Source of the DNA: Mobula hypostoma
Lineage: Eukaryota
Direction: 5' to 3'
Length of the DNA stretch: 64,000 nt
Assembly: GCF_963921235.1 (NCBI RefSeq)
Contig: NC_086098.1
Location: 5,084,001 to 5,148,000 of the forward strand
Positions within the stretch are counted from its first letter, which is position 1, and every line of letters begins with the position of its first letter. The position numbers and the translations under genes were made by a program. Shown here piece by piece: positions 40,615-51,716 of the stretch. The notes below the pieces were generated by a model. It ran no database searches. It was not told the origin of the DNA and was given only the letters and a program-made list of their open reading frames with translations.

Positions 40615-43434
40615 ATGGAGGTTGAGGAATTTATAAAGGCGCCGACCTTGGAGGCATTAGAGGATGCCAGGAAATCGGAATTGATAGCTGTGGCAAAACG
40701 GGTGAATCTTGCTAAGGTGAAGTCGACAATGAGGAGAGAGGAGATACACAGAGCTATTGTAGAGCACTATGTATCTAAAGGTGTGTTTCCCCAAGGTGAG
40801 CTGGGGGAGGTGTCTATTGAAAAACCTGCTGGAGACGCGGTACAGGTACAGCTTGAAAAACTGAGACTCGAGCACGAGTTCCGGGTACGGCAGTTAGAAA
40901 GGCAGGAGAAAGAGAGAGAGGTAGAAAGGCAAGAGAGAGAAAGACAGTTGGAGAGAGAAGAGAGAGAGAGGGACAGACAGTTGGAGAGAGAGGAGAAACA
41001 GAGGGAAAGGGAATTTGAGCTGGAGAAGTTAAAGATAAGGGCCGAGCAGGGGCTCGTGCCGAACCAAGGTGGAGGGTTCCGGGCGACCCAGGAGGTTAGG
41101 CTGGTTCCCCCATTTGACGATACCGATGTGGATCGGTACTTTCTCCACTTCGAAAAAGTAGCTATAAGTCAGGACTGGCCGAGGGATAAGTGGGTTGTTT
41201 TACTTCAGAGTGTACTGAAAGGGAAAGCCCAACAAGCTTACTCCGCTTTATCCCCGGAAGATGCCCAGAAGTATGAGGTGGTGAAGGAGGCCATCCTCAG
41301 GACTTATGAGTTGGTCCCGGAGGCATACCGGCAGAGGTTCCGGAATGCGAGGAAGCGGTGGGACCGCACGTATTTGGAGTTTGCTCGCGAGATGCAAACA
41401 TATTGTGAGCGTTGGTGCGCCTCGAAAGGGGTAGAGGGGGATTATGACAGACTGCTGCAGCTGATTCTGATTGAGCAGTTTAAAGGTTGTGTCCCTGAGG
41501 GTATGAGACCCTACCTCGATGAAAAAGAGGCAGCCACGTTAGCCGCAACTGCTAAGTTAGCGGATGAGTATGCGTTGACGCATAAAATGAAGGTTGCCCC
41601 GAGTAAAGGCTACCAGAAGGGTAGTCAGGACGGCGGGGAGAGTCCACCGGAAAAGTCAGAAAGTAAGCCGGGGACTAGTGAAAAGGATAAGGTAGACCGG
41701 GAGCAGTCTGGTAGGAAGTCTCCTGGGGTCGTCTGTTATAATTGTGGGAAAGTCGGACACTTTGCGTCCAGGTGCTTTGCCCCAAGGAAGGAGACGGGGA
41801 AAGGAAAAGCGGAAATTTTGAATGGCTGTATCGAGCTGTTAAGCGAACCGCTAGGGAAGGACAGGTCTGAAAAAATCCAGGAAGGGCGCGAGAGGTTTAT
41901 CTCGGCCGGACTGGTGTCAGTGAAGGAGAGGTTAAAACCAGTTCCAGTGCGGATCTGGAGAGACACGGGAGCGTGTCAGTCACTAATACTGAAGAGTGTA
42001 TTAGAGTTTAGCTCAGAGACCCAGACTGGGGAGGTAGAGGTCAAAGGTGTTGGGGAAGGGACAGAGTCAGTCCCTTTGCACCAGATACATTTACAGAGCA
42101 ACCTGGTCTCTGGACTAGTCACGATCGGGGTGAGGTCCGAATTACCGATGAAAGACGTGGAAGTCTTGCTCGGTAATGACATCGCCGGAGGAATCGTGTT
42201 CCCAGTCGTGAGATTGACGGGTCAGCCTGCCAGCATGGAGGCCCCGCCCGCGATGGTGAATTTGGCTGAAACATTCCTGCCAACCTTGTATGAGACAGGG
42301 TGTAGTGAGATAAGAGGTAGTGAGGGAGCTGGGACGGACGTAGCAGTAGCCAGGAAAGAATTTGTGCAGACGCAGGAGCGAGACGAGGGGCTGATGGTTT
42401 TGGCAGAGACCGCTCTCTCTGACACAGCCTTGACAAGCTATTGTGCGGATGAGGAGGTGCTAAGGAAGAAAGGGAAATCAAGTACAGCATCCGCAGATGA
42501 GGAGTGGGGGGTGGTGCAAAAGAGTTATGGGGATGAGGTTTTTAACATGGCCCACGAGGTACCCCCCGGTGGACATTTTGCGGTGCTGGAGGAAACAGTT
42601 GGTGGAATCATGAAAGAGAGTTACCGGCTGCCCAGGGGGAAAAATGTTATTGATCATGACCGACGCGAACTGAGACGGTCACCGGCTTTTGATATGCTAA
42701 CAAACCTAGTTGGTGTTAGCGTGGAAATCAATGAAGCTAGGGGCCCCCTGCTAAGAGGAAAAAACCATTTTGAAAAGATTAGGATGGGATCGGTCAGATG
42801 GGAGAAGGCTATTGTTTTGGCCAGGTCTACTGATAAGGTCTCTCCCTTAATCCCCGAAGGAGTAATTAAACGACTCGCACCCATGTGTTTGATTGTCCCG
42901 AGGAAATGCAAAGAACTGGGACGTTGGGTGATTGTGGTTACAATAGGGCGGCCAAGTAAAGAACACCCATATTTTTTGAGTAATTCAGTGACTAAAGGGC
43001 TGATGAACACAGAGGTGTGTATTGGCAATTTAACACGGCTGTCTGAAGCCAGCGTGATAGTGAGCCTTGGAAAAAATGAATTCGGCCACACGAAGGTCAC
43101 TTACCTGGGAATTGTGGTGACACAGGGGCAGCTGGCAGTGATGCAAGCTACAGTGCAGGCTATCGCTGACCTCCCAACCCCGACAGACAAGAGGGCCCTC
43201 AGAAGGCTTTTGGAGATGGTGGGGTACTGCAGGAAGTTTTGCAATAACTCTGCGGTCAATACCCGTCCCCCTCCTACTAAGCCCTTGCGAGAGAAAATTG
43301 AGTCGGAATGGGACGACCCTTGTTGTTGTGGTCCGGGACAAAACCAAATGAGAGGTTACATTGGTCGCAATTCATCAGTGTTTTTGGCCACTATGAAGTT
43401 TGCTGAGTTGGAGCCTGGTCTAAGGGATTATTAA
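40615..43434 (+). CDS. Gag (coiled coil, SCAN-like domain, CCHC) - protease - degenerate IN/RT polyprotein, 939 aa
   Basis: LILIEQF (SCAN-like), CYNCGKVGHFASRC, RDTGA, AHEVPPGGHF (IN zinc-binding remnant), then VTYLG..LPTPTDKRALRRLLEMVGYCRKF (RT thumb remnant). No YxDD motif. Confidence 0.9.
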   Translation: MEVEEFIKAPTLEALEDARKSELIAVAKRVNLAKVKSTMRREEIHRAIVEHYVSKGVFPQGELGEVSIEKPAGDAVQVQLEKLRLEHEFRVRQLERQEKEREVERQERERQLEREERERDRQLEREEKQREREFELEKLKIRAEQGLVPNQGGGFRATQEVRLVPPFDDTDVDRYFLHFEKVAISQDWPRDKWVVLLQSVLKGKAQQAYSALSPEDAQKYEVVKEAILRTYELVPEAYRQRFRNARKRWDRTYLEFAREMQTYCERWCASKGVEGDYDRLLQLILIEQFKGCVPEGMRPYLDEKEAATLAATAKLADEYALTHKMKVAPSKGYQKGSQDGGESPPEKSESKPGTSEKDKVDREQSGRKSPGVVCYNCGKVGHFASRCFAPRKETGKGKAEILNGCIELLSEPLGKDRSEKIQEGRERFISAGLVSVKERLKPVPVRIWRDTGACQSLILKSVLEFSSETQTGEVEVKGVGEGTESVPLHQIHLQSNLVSGLVTIGVRSELPMKDVEVLLGNDIAGGIVFPVVRLTGQPASMEAPPAMVNLAETFLPTLYETGCSEIRGSEGAGTDVAVARKEFVQTQERDEGLMVLAETALSDTALTSYCADEEVLRKKGKSSTASADEEWGVVQKSYGDEVFNMAHEVPPGGHFAVLEETVGGIMKESYRLPRGKNVIDHDRRELRRSPAFDMLTNLVGVSVEINEARGPLLRGKNHFEKIRMGSVRWEKAIVLARSTDKVSPLIPEGVIKRLAPMCLIVPRKCKELGRWVIVVTIGRPSKEHPYFLSNSVTKGLMNTEVCIGNLTRLSEASVIVSLGKNEFGHTKVTYLGIVVTQGQLAVMQATVQAIADLPTPTDKRALRRLLEMVGYCRKFCNNSAVNTRPPPTKPLREKIESEWDDPCCCGPGQNQMRGYIGRNSSVFLATMKFAELEPGLRDY

Positions 43435-43594
43435 TAACACGTGTAAAAGGAACAGAAAATGTGATGACTGTCTGTCAAGGTGTTGACAGCTTCAAATTCT
43501 CTGTATTAGCTAAATAACTGTTAAAGATGTATATTGTGTATGTATCAGATAATGTAGTCATGTTTGTAATTTTTACCTCCCGGTAAAAATCCTT

Positions 43595-43606
43595 AAAGGG
43601 GGGAAG
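43595..43606 (+). promoter_or_regulatory. Polypurine tract
   Basis: AAAGGGGGGAAG directly abuts the 3' LTR. Confidence 0.9.
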
Positions 43607-44630
43607 TGTTACGAGAATACACATAAAATTAAGATGTTTGCTGGCCTGGGCTAGCATCAGTGGCATCAGCAGTTGGTCTGCCACCTGCCCTCAGGGGAAG
43701 GAGAGATAAGGAACAATGGAGCAGCGTCTGGAGATGTGTAATGAAGGAATGTGGGAGAGAGAGCTGTCTGGAGCGGCTCCCCTCTTTGAACCCTGAACTG
43801 TTTGAAGTGATGGACAGGCGATACCCCAGCAGGGGGATAAAAAGGGACAGGTTCGCTAAGACAGACACACACGCCACCCGAGGTAACGAGACCCTGGAAG
43901 CGGTACGCTTCTCACGAGTGGGTGGAAAGGTACGATCAGCGGGAACCCGGTGTGTGTCCGCCCTTGCCTGGGTGCCGGGTTCACTGCAGAGGATCGACCG
44001 CATCTGGAGGAGGGGTCACAGTCGGTGACCTCAGGTGACATCACCAAGGACCCGCCCAAATGCTGTTTGTGAGCCATCCCGCTGGTCTGTGAGTGAAGCC
44101 GTTCTGAATGATCAGTTGTTCCTATTCTGTCTCTCTTCCCCCACCTTGTCCATCGCCATGGCAACGATTACTGCGAACTGAACTACAAACTGGACTGACC
44201 TTTGAGTCATTTTGAAATTGATCATTTACCCCTAGACAACGATAGAGCTTGATTGATGCTGTTATCTTAATTCTGTGCACATGTGTGGTTATCATTGTTG
44301 AATTGTTGCATTTATTATCCTTTCGATTACTGTGTTGCTTGTTTCTTTAATAAAACTTTCTTAGTTCTAGTACTCCAGACTCCAACTGAGTGATCCATTT
44401 CTGCTGGTTTGGCAACCCAGTTACGGGGTACGTAACAATTGGCTATATTTAAGAGGGAGTTAGATATGGCCCTTGTGGCTAAAGGGATCAGAGGGTATGG
44501 AGGGAAGGCTGGTACAGGGTTCTGAGTTGGATGATCAGCCATGATCATACTGAATGGCGGTGCAGGCTCGAAGGACCGAATGGCCTACTCCTGCACCTAT
44601 TTTCTATGTTTCTATGTTTCTATCCAAGAT

Positions 44631-44708
44631 GGATATAAGAAAATCTCCAAGTTGCTGAATATTCCTTGGAGCACAGTCAAGTCAGTGATCAAGAATTGAA
44701 AAGAATGG
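44631..44708 (+). mobile_element. Tc1 transposase HTH fragment
   Basis: Translates as GYKKISKLLNIPWSTVKSVIK. Confidence 0.75.
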
Positions 44709-44809
44709 ATTTTGGGCTGCTGATTATGAAAATCACCATGAAACTTCCTGAACACACACCATTTTTTTGTATTTGCCTATATTTGTGTTTTTTTCCCATT
44801 CATAATTCA

Positions 44810-45790
44810 AGTCAGAATAACTGATACCAAGACTAAGGAAGACATTTTTGTTGGTCCACAAATCAAACAGGTCATCATTGATTTGTAATTCGAAGAACTT
44901 CTAGTGGGACCAGAGAAAATCACATGGAAGCAATTCAAGGATGTTGTTGAAATTTTTCTTGGTAACTACAGAGCACCAAACTAGCTGCAGCTGGCTGACA
45001 ACATGCTTCAAGCATACAAAACCATGAAGTGCAACATGTCACTAAAGATTCATTTTCTGTATTCCTATTTAGATTATGAAGACACGCAGTCCCCTTTTAT
45101 TGTCATTTTGTAATGCATGCATTAAGAAATGATACATTGTTTCCTCCGGTGTGATATCACAAAACACAGGACAAACCAAGACTGAAAAAACTGACAAAAC
45201 CACATAATTATACATATAGTTACAAACAGTGTAACAATACCATAACTTGATGAAGAAATTTCGTGAGCACAGTAAAGTTCAAAGTTTCTCAAATATCCCA
45301 CATCTCACACAGACAGGAGAAGGAAGGAAGAAAAACTCTCCCTGCCATGCCAACCACAATCCGACTCTGAATCATCCGAAAACTTCGAGCTCTGATCAGC
45401 TCTCCGACACCGAGTACTGAGCGCCATCTCTGCCGAACGATTCGACCTCCTTCTCGGTCGCCAAAAGCAGGCAAGGCCGGGGATTTTGAGGCCTACCCTC
45501 CGAAAGATTCACATAGTAACGACAGCAGCGGACGAGCGTTTCAGAAATTTCTCTAGATGTTCCTCTGTGCTTTCACGTCCATTCTCCATCAAATCAGAAT
45601 TGTCCACGGCCCCTATTTAACAGATACAACATCATTTAGACTTCTTCTCTCCAAATCGTGGCGCTGTCAGTGACGATCACGGTGAAAGGCTTCACCAGGA
45701 CTTTGCAGTCATAGAGAACTGGTATCAGAGCAACTGGAATCCATCAATGCTGGCTGATTATTGTTGGACACTTAAGCGAGAAGCCTCAGG
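44810..45790 (+). mobile_element. Chapaev3-type (CMC) transposase C-terminal remnant, split by an insertion
   Basis: IFVGPQIKQV..MKCNMSLKIHFLYSYLD|FFSPNRGAVSDDHGERLHQD..MLADYCWTL. Confidence 0.8.
45074..45633 (-). mobile_element. Unclassified 560-bp non-coding retroposon
   Basis: Perfect ATTTAGA TSD (45067-45073 and 45634-45640); Rex1-like AATGACAATAAA 3' end on the minus strand. Confidence 0.75.
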
Positions 45791-46099
45791 CACTGAGTAC
45801 AAGTGAAAATCATCAACAAAACATTAGTTGAACTATTGCAAAACATCAGCACCAATATGCAATTAAACACATTATATTCAATAAAAGTTAATTTTTTGTT
45901 TCTCCAAATTCCTACGTGATGCAAGTAGTCTGAAATTATATTTGTGTTCAGTTTCAATTGGTCTATCATAAACAAACAAAACTCGAAAGAAACAACACCT
46001 TTGTAAAAAATTGTTAACCAGAGTAATGTGAAATGTCTCATTTTTTTAGATGATTTTGTTTTCAAACAATAGTTCTGCACAGCCAAGTTTCAGATAAAG

Positions 46100-46610
46100 C
46101 TTTATGGAGAGGGTTCAAAGGAGATTCATGAAAATTATTCCAGGATTAAAAGACTTAGCATATGATGAGCGTTTGATGACTCTGGTCCTCTACTCACTGG
46201 ATTTCAGAGGAATGGAGGTGGGGGGGGGATCTCATTGAAATCTATTGAATGATGAAGGGCCTCAATAGAGTGGATATGGAGAGGAAGTTTCCTATGGTCG
46301 GGAAGACCTAGAGAAGAGGACAAAGTCAAAATAGAAGGGTGTCCTTTTAGAATGGAGGAAGAATTTCTTTAGCCAGAGAGTAATAAATCTGTGGAATTCG
46401 TTGCCACGGGCAGCTGTGGAGGCCAGGTCATGGGGCATATTTAAGGCAGAGGTTGATAGATTCTTAATTCGTCAGGGTGTGAAAAGTTACAGGGAGAAGG
46501 AAGGAGATTGAGGTTGAGAGGAAAATTGGATCAGCCGTGATGAAATGGTGGAGCAGACTTGATGGGCCAAATAGCCTAATTCTGCTTCTGTATGTTATAG
46601 TCCTATCCAT
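46100..46610 (+). mobile_element. Old CR1 3' fragment
   Basis: ERVQRRF remnant and CR1 3' UTR. Confidence 0.85.
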
Positions 46611-48351
46611 TGATACTGGCTATAAATTTCCTGATGATTAAACTTGAAATCCAGCTTTTTCTCTAATATCTTCCACTGGGCAGAAGATACACATACCACC
46701 AGGTTGAAGGACAGCTTCTGTGCCATTGTTATAAGAATAATGAATGGTCTTCTCGTATGATAAGATAGACTCTTGACTTCACAACCTACCATTTCAAGGC
46801 CACTTCCTCTTAATGTTGCATTTGGTTATTGTTTTTCCCTTGTACTACCTAAGTCAACTGGCACGATGAAACCACCTGTCTGGACACCATATGGAAAACA
46901 AGTCTTTGACTGAACCTCACTATGTGTGATTGTAACTTACCAATTTGGCAGTTGCAGATTGAATCTGATGGATTCAAATTTTGTATCAACATCAGTGTTA
47001 TATGTCACTAAAATTTTGAAATACATTCTTTTGGACAGTTACTTAAAGTGCTCACAGCCTTTTGACAGTTTAATGTGCTTTCATAAATATTTTGCAGGAT
47101 TAAATTTTGTATTTGAAATTCTTCTTTTTGTCAGTCCAATTTTTCCTTGTTAAGTGCATGGACTCCTTTAAGGCTGTCAAGAAGTCTATGAATTTCTACG
47201 GTTAAATAATTCATTGACTTTTTCAAAAAGAATGAACAATTTCAGCCAGCATTTATCTTCTCAATCATATCATGTAGTTCTAATACCGCGTGGTTTCTTG
47301 CTGAACCTCCTGTCAAGCACCGCAGGTCTCTTTTCTCCTGACATTAACATTGCTGTGTAAATTCAAACCTTTGTTTCGCTTTTTCCCCTGTTTCCACTCC
47401 TTTTCTCTGGAAGGCATTGCCTCATGCAGGCTATGATCTCGCAGATCCCAGCAGTTTTCCAATGGAGTGAACATTCTTCAGGTCTGAATGGTTTACAGGT
47501 TCTGGAATGAAAATCTTTACCTGCTGATCCTAATTTATTATCATAAATTAGAAAATACAAATTAACCACACAAAATATTACGTAGCAAATCACAAAAATT
47601 CCAAAAAGATTTTAAGACTCATAATTCTTAATCATCACTTGATTGTTGCTGTTTGGGAACTCTGAATTCTGACTCACCCTTGAAACCACCACTGGATCCC
47701 AAGCACCAATTATGATTTCCAGTCTGGGCAAAGTCCAACGAAGCAGGAAAACTCACCCCAATGAATATGAGTTTCACTAATGTCAGGATACACATAGGAA
47801 CAGATAAACTCTTTGATCTTTTATTCTCACACCATTAACTCAGTTTGGTTTCTTTCATTCAAACAACACATACTGTTCAGTATGCCCTTATAAATAAATT
47901 AGAAATTAAACACATTAATGTTCACTCCTTATTCATTAATGCACCAATGATTTGGACACAAAGTTTATTGGACTTACAGAAGACCATTAATTATACATAT
48001 AAACAATACGTTGGAATCCAAAAACAATCCATCAGGCCAAATTGACAGACACTAAGAAAGAATCCATCAACGTCGCTCTCAAAGTTACTAACAGTCATTA
48101 ACAGACATCCTCATGTTCATGGTGCCTGAGACTAAGAAAGAATCCGGCTGCTATCAGCAAATATTCTATATTAACGGTGTCTAATCTGTACAGACGCTTC
48201 ACAAACATTACACACGAACAGATATATAGACCCCGTACGCTGAGTTTAGAAAGAGTTAAATTGGCATTTTGAACTGTTCAGACATTCATACAATCTTTTA
48301 CAAAATTTAATATAACACAAATATGCAGTGCTGTGCATTTTATTTACAGGA

Positions 48352-50960
48352 TTCGTCATCATCATTATCTGCTGTGTTGTATGAAGTGGTCAGTCATGGT
48401 CTTCCATCTGTCTTTAATCTGCTTACTCTTCTCTCTATCCATGACCATTCATTTTCTTGGCAACTTTTTCTACAGAAGTGGTTTAGTCATAGTCATAGTC
48501 ATACTTTATTGATCCTGGGGGAAATTGGTTTTCGTTACAGTTGCACCATAAATAATTAAATAGTAATAAAACCATAAATAATTAAATAGTAATATGTAAA
48601 TGTGCCAGGAAATAAGTCCAGGACCAGCCTATTGTCTCAGGGTGTCTAACCCTCCAAGGGAGGAGTTGTAAAGTTTGATGGCCACAGGCAGGAATGACTT
48701 CCTATGACGCTCTGTGTTGCATCTCGGTGGAATGAGTCTCTGGCTGAAAGTACTCCTGTACCCAACCAGTCCATTATGTAGTGGATGGAAGACATTGACC
48801 AAGATGGCATGCAACTTGGACAGCACCCTCTTTTCAGACACCACCATCAGAGAGTCCAGTTCCATCCCCATAACATCACTGGCCTAATGAATGAGTTTGT
48901 TGATTCTGTTGGTGTCTGCTACCCTCAGCTTGCTGCCCCAGCACACAACAGCAAACATGATAGCACTGGCCACCACAGACTTGTAGAACATCTTCAGCAT
49001 CGTCCGGCAGATGTTAAAGGACCTCAGTCTCCTCAGGAAGTAGAGACTGCTCTGACCCTTCTTGTAGACAGCCTCAGTGTTCTTTGACCAGTCCAGTTTA
49101 TTGTCAATTCGTATCCCCAGGTATTTGTAATTCTCCACCATGTCCACACTGACCCCCGGATGGAAACAGGGGTCGCCGGTACCTTAGCTCTCCTCAGGTC
49201 TACTACCAGCTCCTTAATCTTTTTCACATTAAGCTGCAGATAATTCTGCTCACACCATGTGACAAAGTTTCCAACCGTAGCCCTGTACTCAGCCTCATCT
49301 CCCTTGCTGATGCATCCAACTATGGCAGACTCATCAGAAAACTTCGGAAGATGACAAGACTCTGTGCAGTAGTTGAAGTCCAAGGTGTAAGTGGTGAAGA
49401 GAAAGGGAGACAAGACAGTCCCCTGTGGAGCCCCAGTGCTGCTGATCACTCTGTGGGACACACAGTGTTGCAAGCACATGTACTGTGGTCTGCCAGTCAG
49501 GTAATCAAGAATCCATGACACCAGGAAAGCATCCACCTGCATCGCTGTCAGCTTCTCCCCCAGCAGAGCAGGGCGGATGGTGTTGAACGCACTGGAGAAG
49601 TCAAAAAACATGACCCTCACAGTGCCCGCTGGCTTGTGCAGGTGGGCATAGACATGGTTCAGCAGGTAGACGATGGCATCCTCAACTCCTAGTCGGGGCT
49701 GGTAGGTGAACTGGAGGGGATCTACGTGTGGCCTGACCATAGGCCGGAGCAGCTCCAGAACAAGTCTCTCCAGGGTCTTCATGATGTGGGAGGTCAATGC
49801 CACCGGTCTGTAGTCATTGAGGCCGCTGGGGCTTCAGCACAGGGATGAGGCCGGAAGTCTTCCACAGCACAGGAACCCTCTGGAGCCTCAGGCTCAGGTT
49901 GAAGACATGGCGAAGTACTCCACATAGCTGAGGGGCACAGGCTTTGAGCACCCTGGTACTGACACTATCCGGTCCTGCAGCCTTGCTTGGGTTGAGACGT
50001 TTCAGCTGTCTTCTCACCTGTTCAGCTGTGAAGCCCACCATGGTGGTTTCGTGTGGGGAAGGGGTATAGTCATGACAGCAGGGTGGGGGACTGTGAGGAG
50101 GGGTAGGAGGGGAGAGTGGAATATGTGTTGGTTGGGGGCCGACAACAGATGACTCATGGGGGGGATGGGCAGGGGCCACAATGTCAAATCTGTTAAAGAA
50201 CAGGTTAAGTTCGTTGGCCCTGTCCACACTGCCTTCAGCTCCTCTGTTGCTAGTTTGCCGGAACCTAGTGATGGTCCTCATCCCCTTCCAGACCTCTCTC
50301 ATGTTGTTCTGCTGGAGTTTCCACTCAAGCTTCCTCCTGTACCTGTCTTTAGCCTCCCTGGTCCTGGCTTTCAGGTCCCTCTGTATTGCCCTCAGCTCCT
50401 CCCTATTTCCATCTCTGAACGCCCTCTTTTTAGTGTTCAGGATGTCCTTAATGTCCTTTGTCACCCATGGCTTGTTATTTGAATAACAAAGGACAGTTCT
50501 TGTCAGAACATTGCAGTCCACACAGAAGTTGATGTAATCAGTGATGCACTCTGTGAGCCCATCAATATCCTCTCCATGTGGCTCACAGAGTACCTGCCAG
50601 TCTGTCACCTCAAAACAACCCTGGAGCGCCTCATAAGCCTCCTCCGACCATTTCCTCACTGTCCTCGAGGTTGCAGGTTTACTCTTCACCAGACGCACGT
50701 AGCAGGGTTTAGATGCACATTTCCATTGTCTTCCTCTGAACAGTGTCTTTACAAGTTGGAAGAACCCCTGCTATTATCAATATTCTTCGGTCACATACCA
50801 GGATTTGTGATATACACCAGCTGCTTCCCATGGCTTCACGTGACTCTGACTGGGGAGGTTCAGCAGGTGCTACACCTTGCCCAAGGGTGACATGCAGGCT
50901 AGCAGAGGGATGGAAATCCTTACCCCTCCTATGATAGAGACATATCTCCATCCCAACACC
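48352..50960 (-). mobile_element. RTE/BovB-derived short element, split into 48352-48484 and 50720-50960 by Rex1
   Basis: CAGAAGTGGTTT|TCCATTGTCTTC rejoins to the BovB-like GTGGTTTGCCATTGCCTTC motif; (ATG)n-like tail. Confidence 0.6.
48485..50719 (-). mobile_element. 5'-truncated Rex1/Babar LINE
   Basis: ORFs 49814-50698, 49033-49803 ([25 protein letters not shown]), 48884-49147 and 48629-48871; (TATGAC)n tail. Confidence 0.93.
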
Positions 50961-51716
50961 CAGTTAGACAGGATTGCTCTTGGCAAAAACTCAGATTGTT
51001 TGGTTTATTAAATGGTGTTAAACTGAGTTTGGTTGCATTTATTTGTAGCTTCATTGGCTGTATTCAAATGATGAATCTGCTTGGAATCAGAAATATGCAA
51101 ATATAAAAAGGTGCATAAAGAGGTGCAGAAAATATTTTCCTTCATTGTTATCGCAGAAACATTAGAGCAGAGGTTCCCATCCTAGGGTCCACGGACACCT
51201 TGGTTAATGATAAGTGTTCATGGCATTAAAAAAAACCTGTATTAGAGGCTCTTAATATCTTGAGGTCAGATATCCAGCATCACCAGGCTAAATGGTAACT
51301 AAGAGGGAAGTGTTTTGGGCTAAAGTTGGCAAGTAAGTGAGAAATTCCAAGCAATGATTCACCATTCATGAAGCAGGAGACTGGAAATCTCTGATTATAT
51401 TGTCGGATTTCTTGCAGCATTTAGAAATGTAACTGTCATTCTTGTTATCAATGGTAGGACCAATAGAAACAGAGTTATTTGTAAATGATGAAGGATTTGA
51501 AGGCGATGGGGTTCAGAGGAAGCAGGAGGTGTTTCTATGTGAATCACAGAAAGATACACACAATGGCATTAATGCAAATATCTAATCAATCAATTACATG
51601 GCAGTAACTCAATGCATAAAAGCACGCAGACATGGTCAAGAGATTCAGCTGTTCAGACCAAACATCAGAATGGGGAAGAAGTGTGGTCTAAGTGACTTTG
51701 ACTGTGGAATGATTGT

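Larger units (their letters stand above)
39685..44437 (+). mobile_element. Young Gmr1-like Gypsy LTR retrotransposon, non-autonomous, 4753 bp
   Basis: 831-bp LTRs at 39685-40515 and 43607-44437 (about 6 differences by eye); ATTG TSD; PBS and PPT present. Confidence 0.96.
39500..44623 (+). mobile_element. Short CR1-A 3' fragment, split into 39500-39684 and 44438-44623 by the Gypsy element
   Basis: GGCCAGTTCATTG|GCTATATTTAAG rejoins; TTTCTATG tail. Confidence 0.9.

Noticed and set aside
47363..47593. 76-aa minus-strand ORF as a host exon
   Set aside because: No recognisable homology and weak splice signals.
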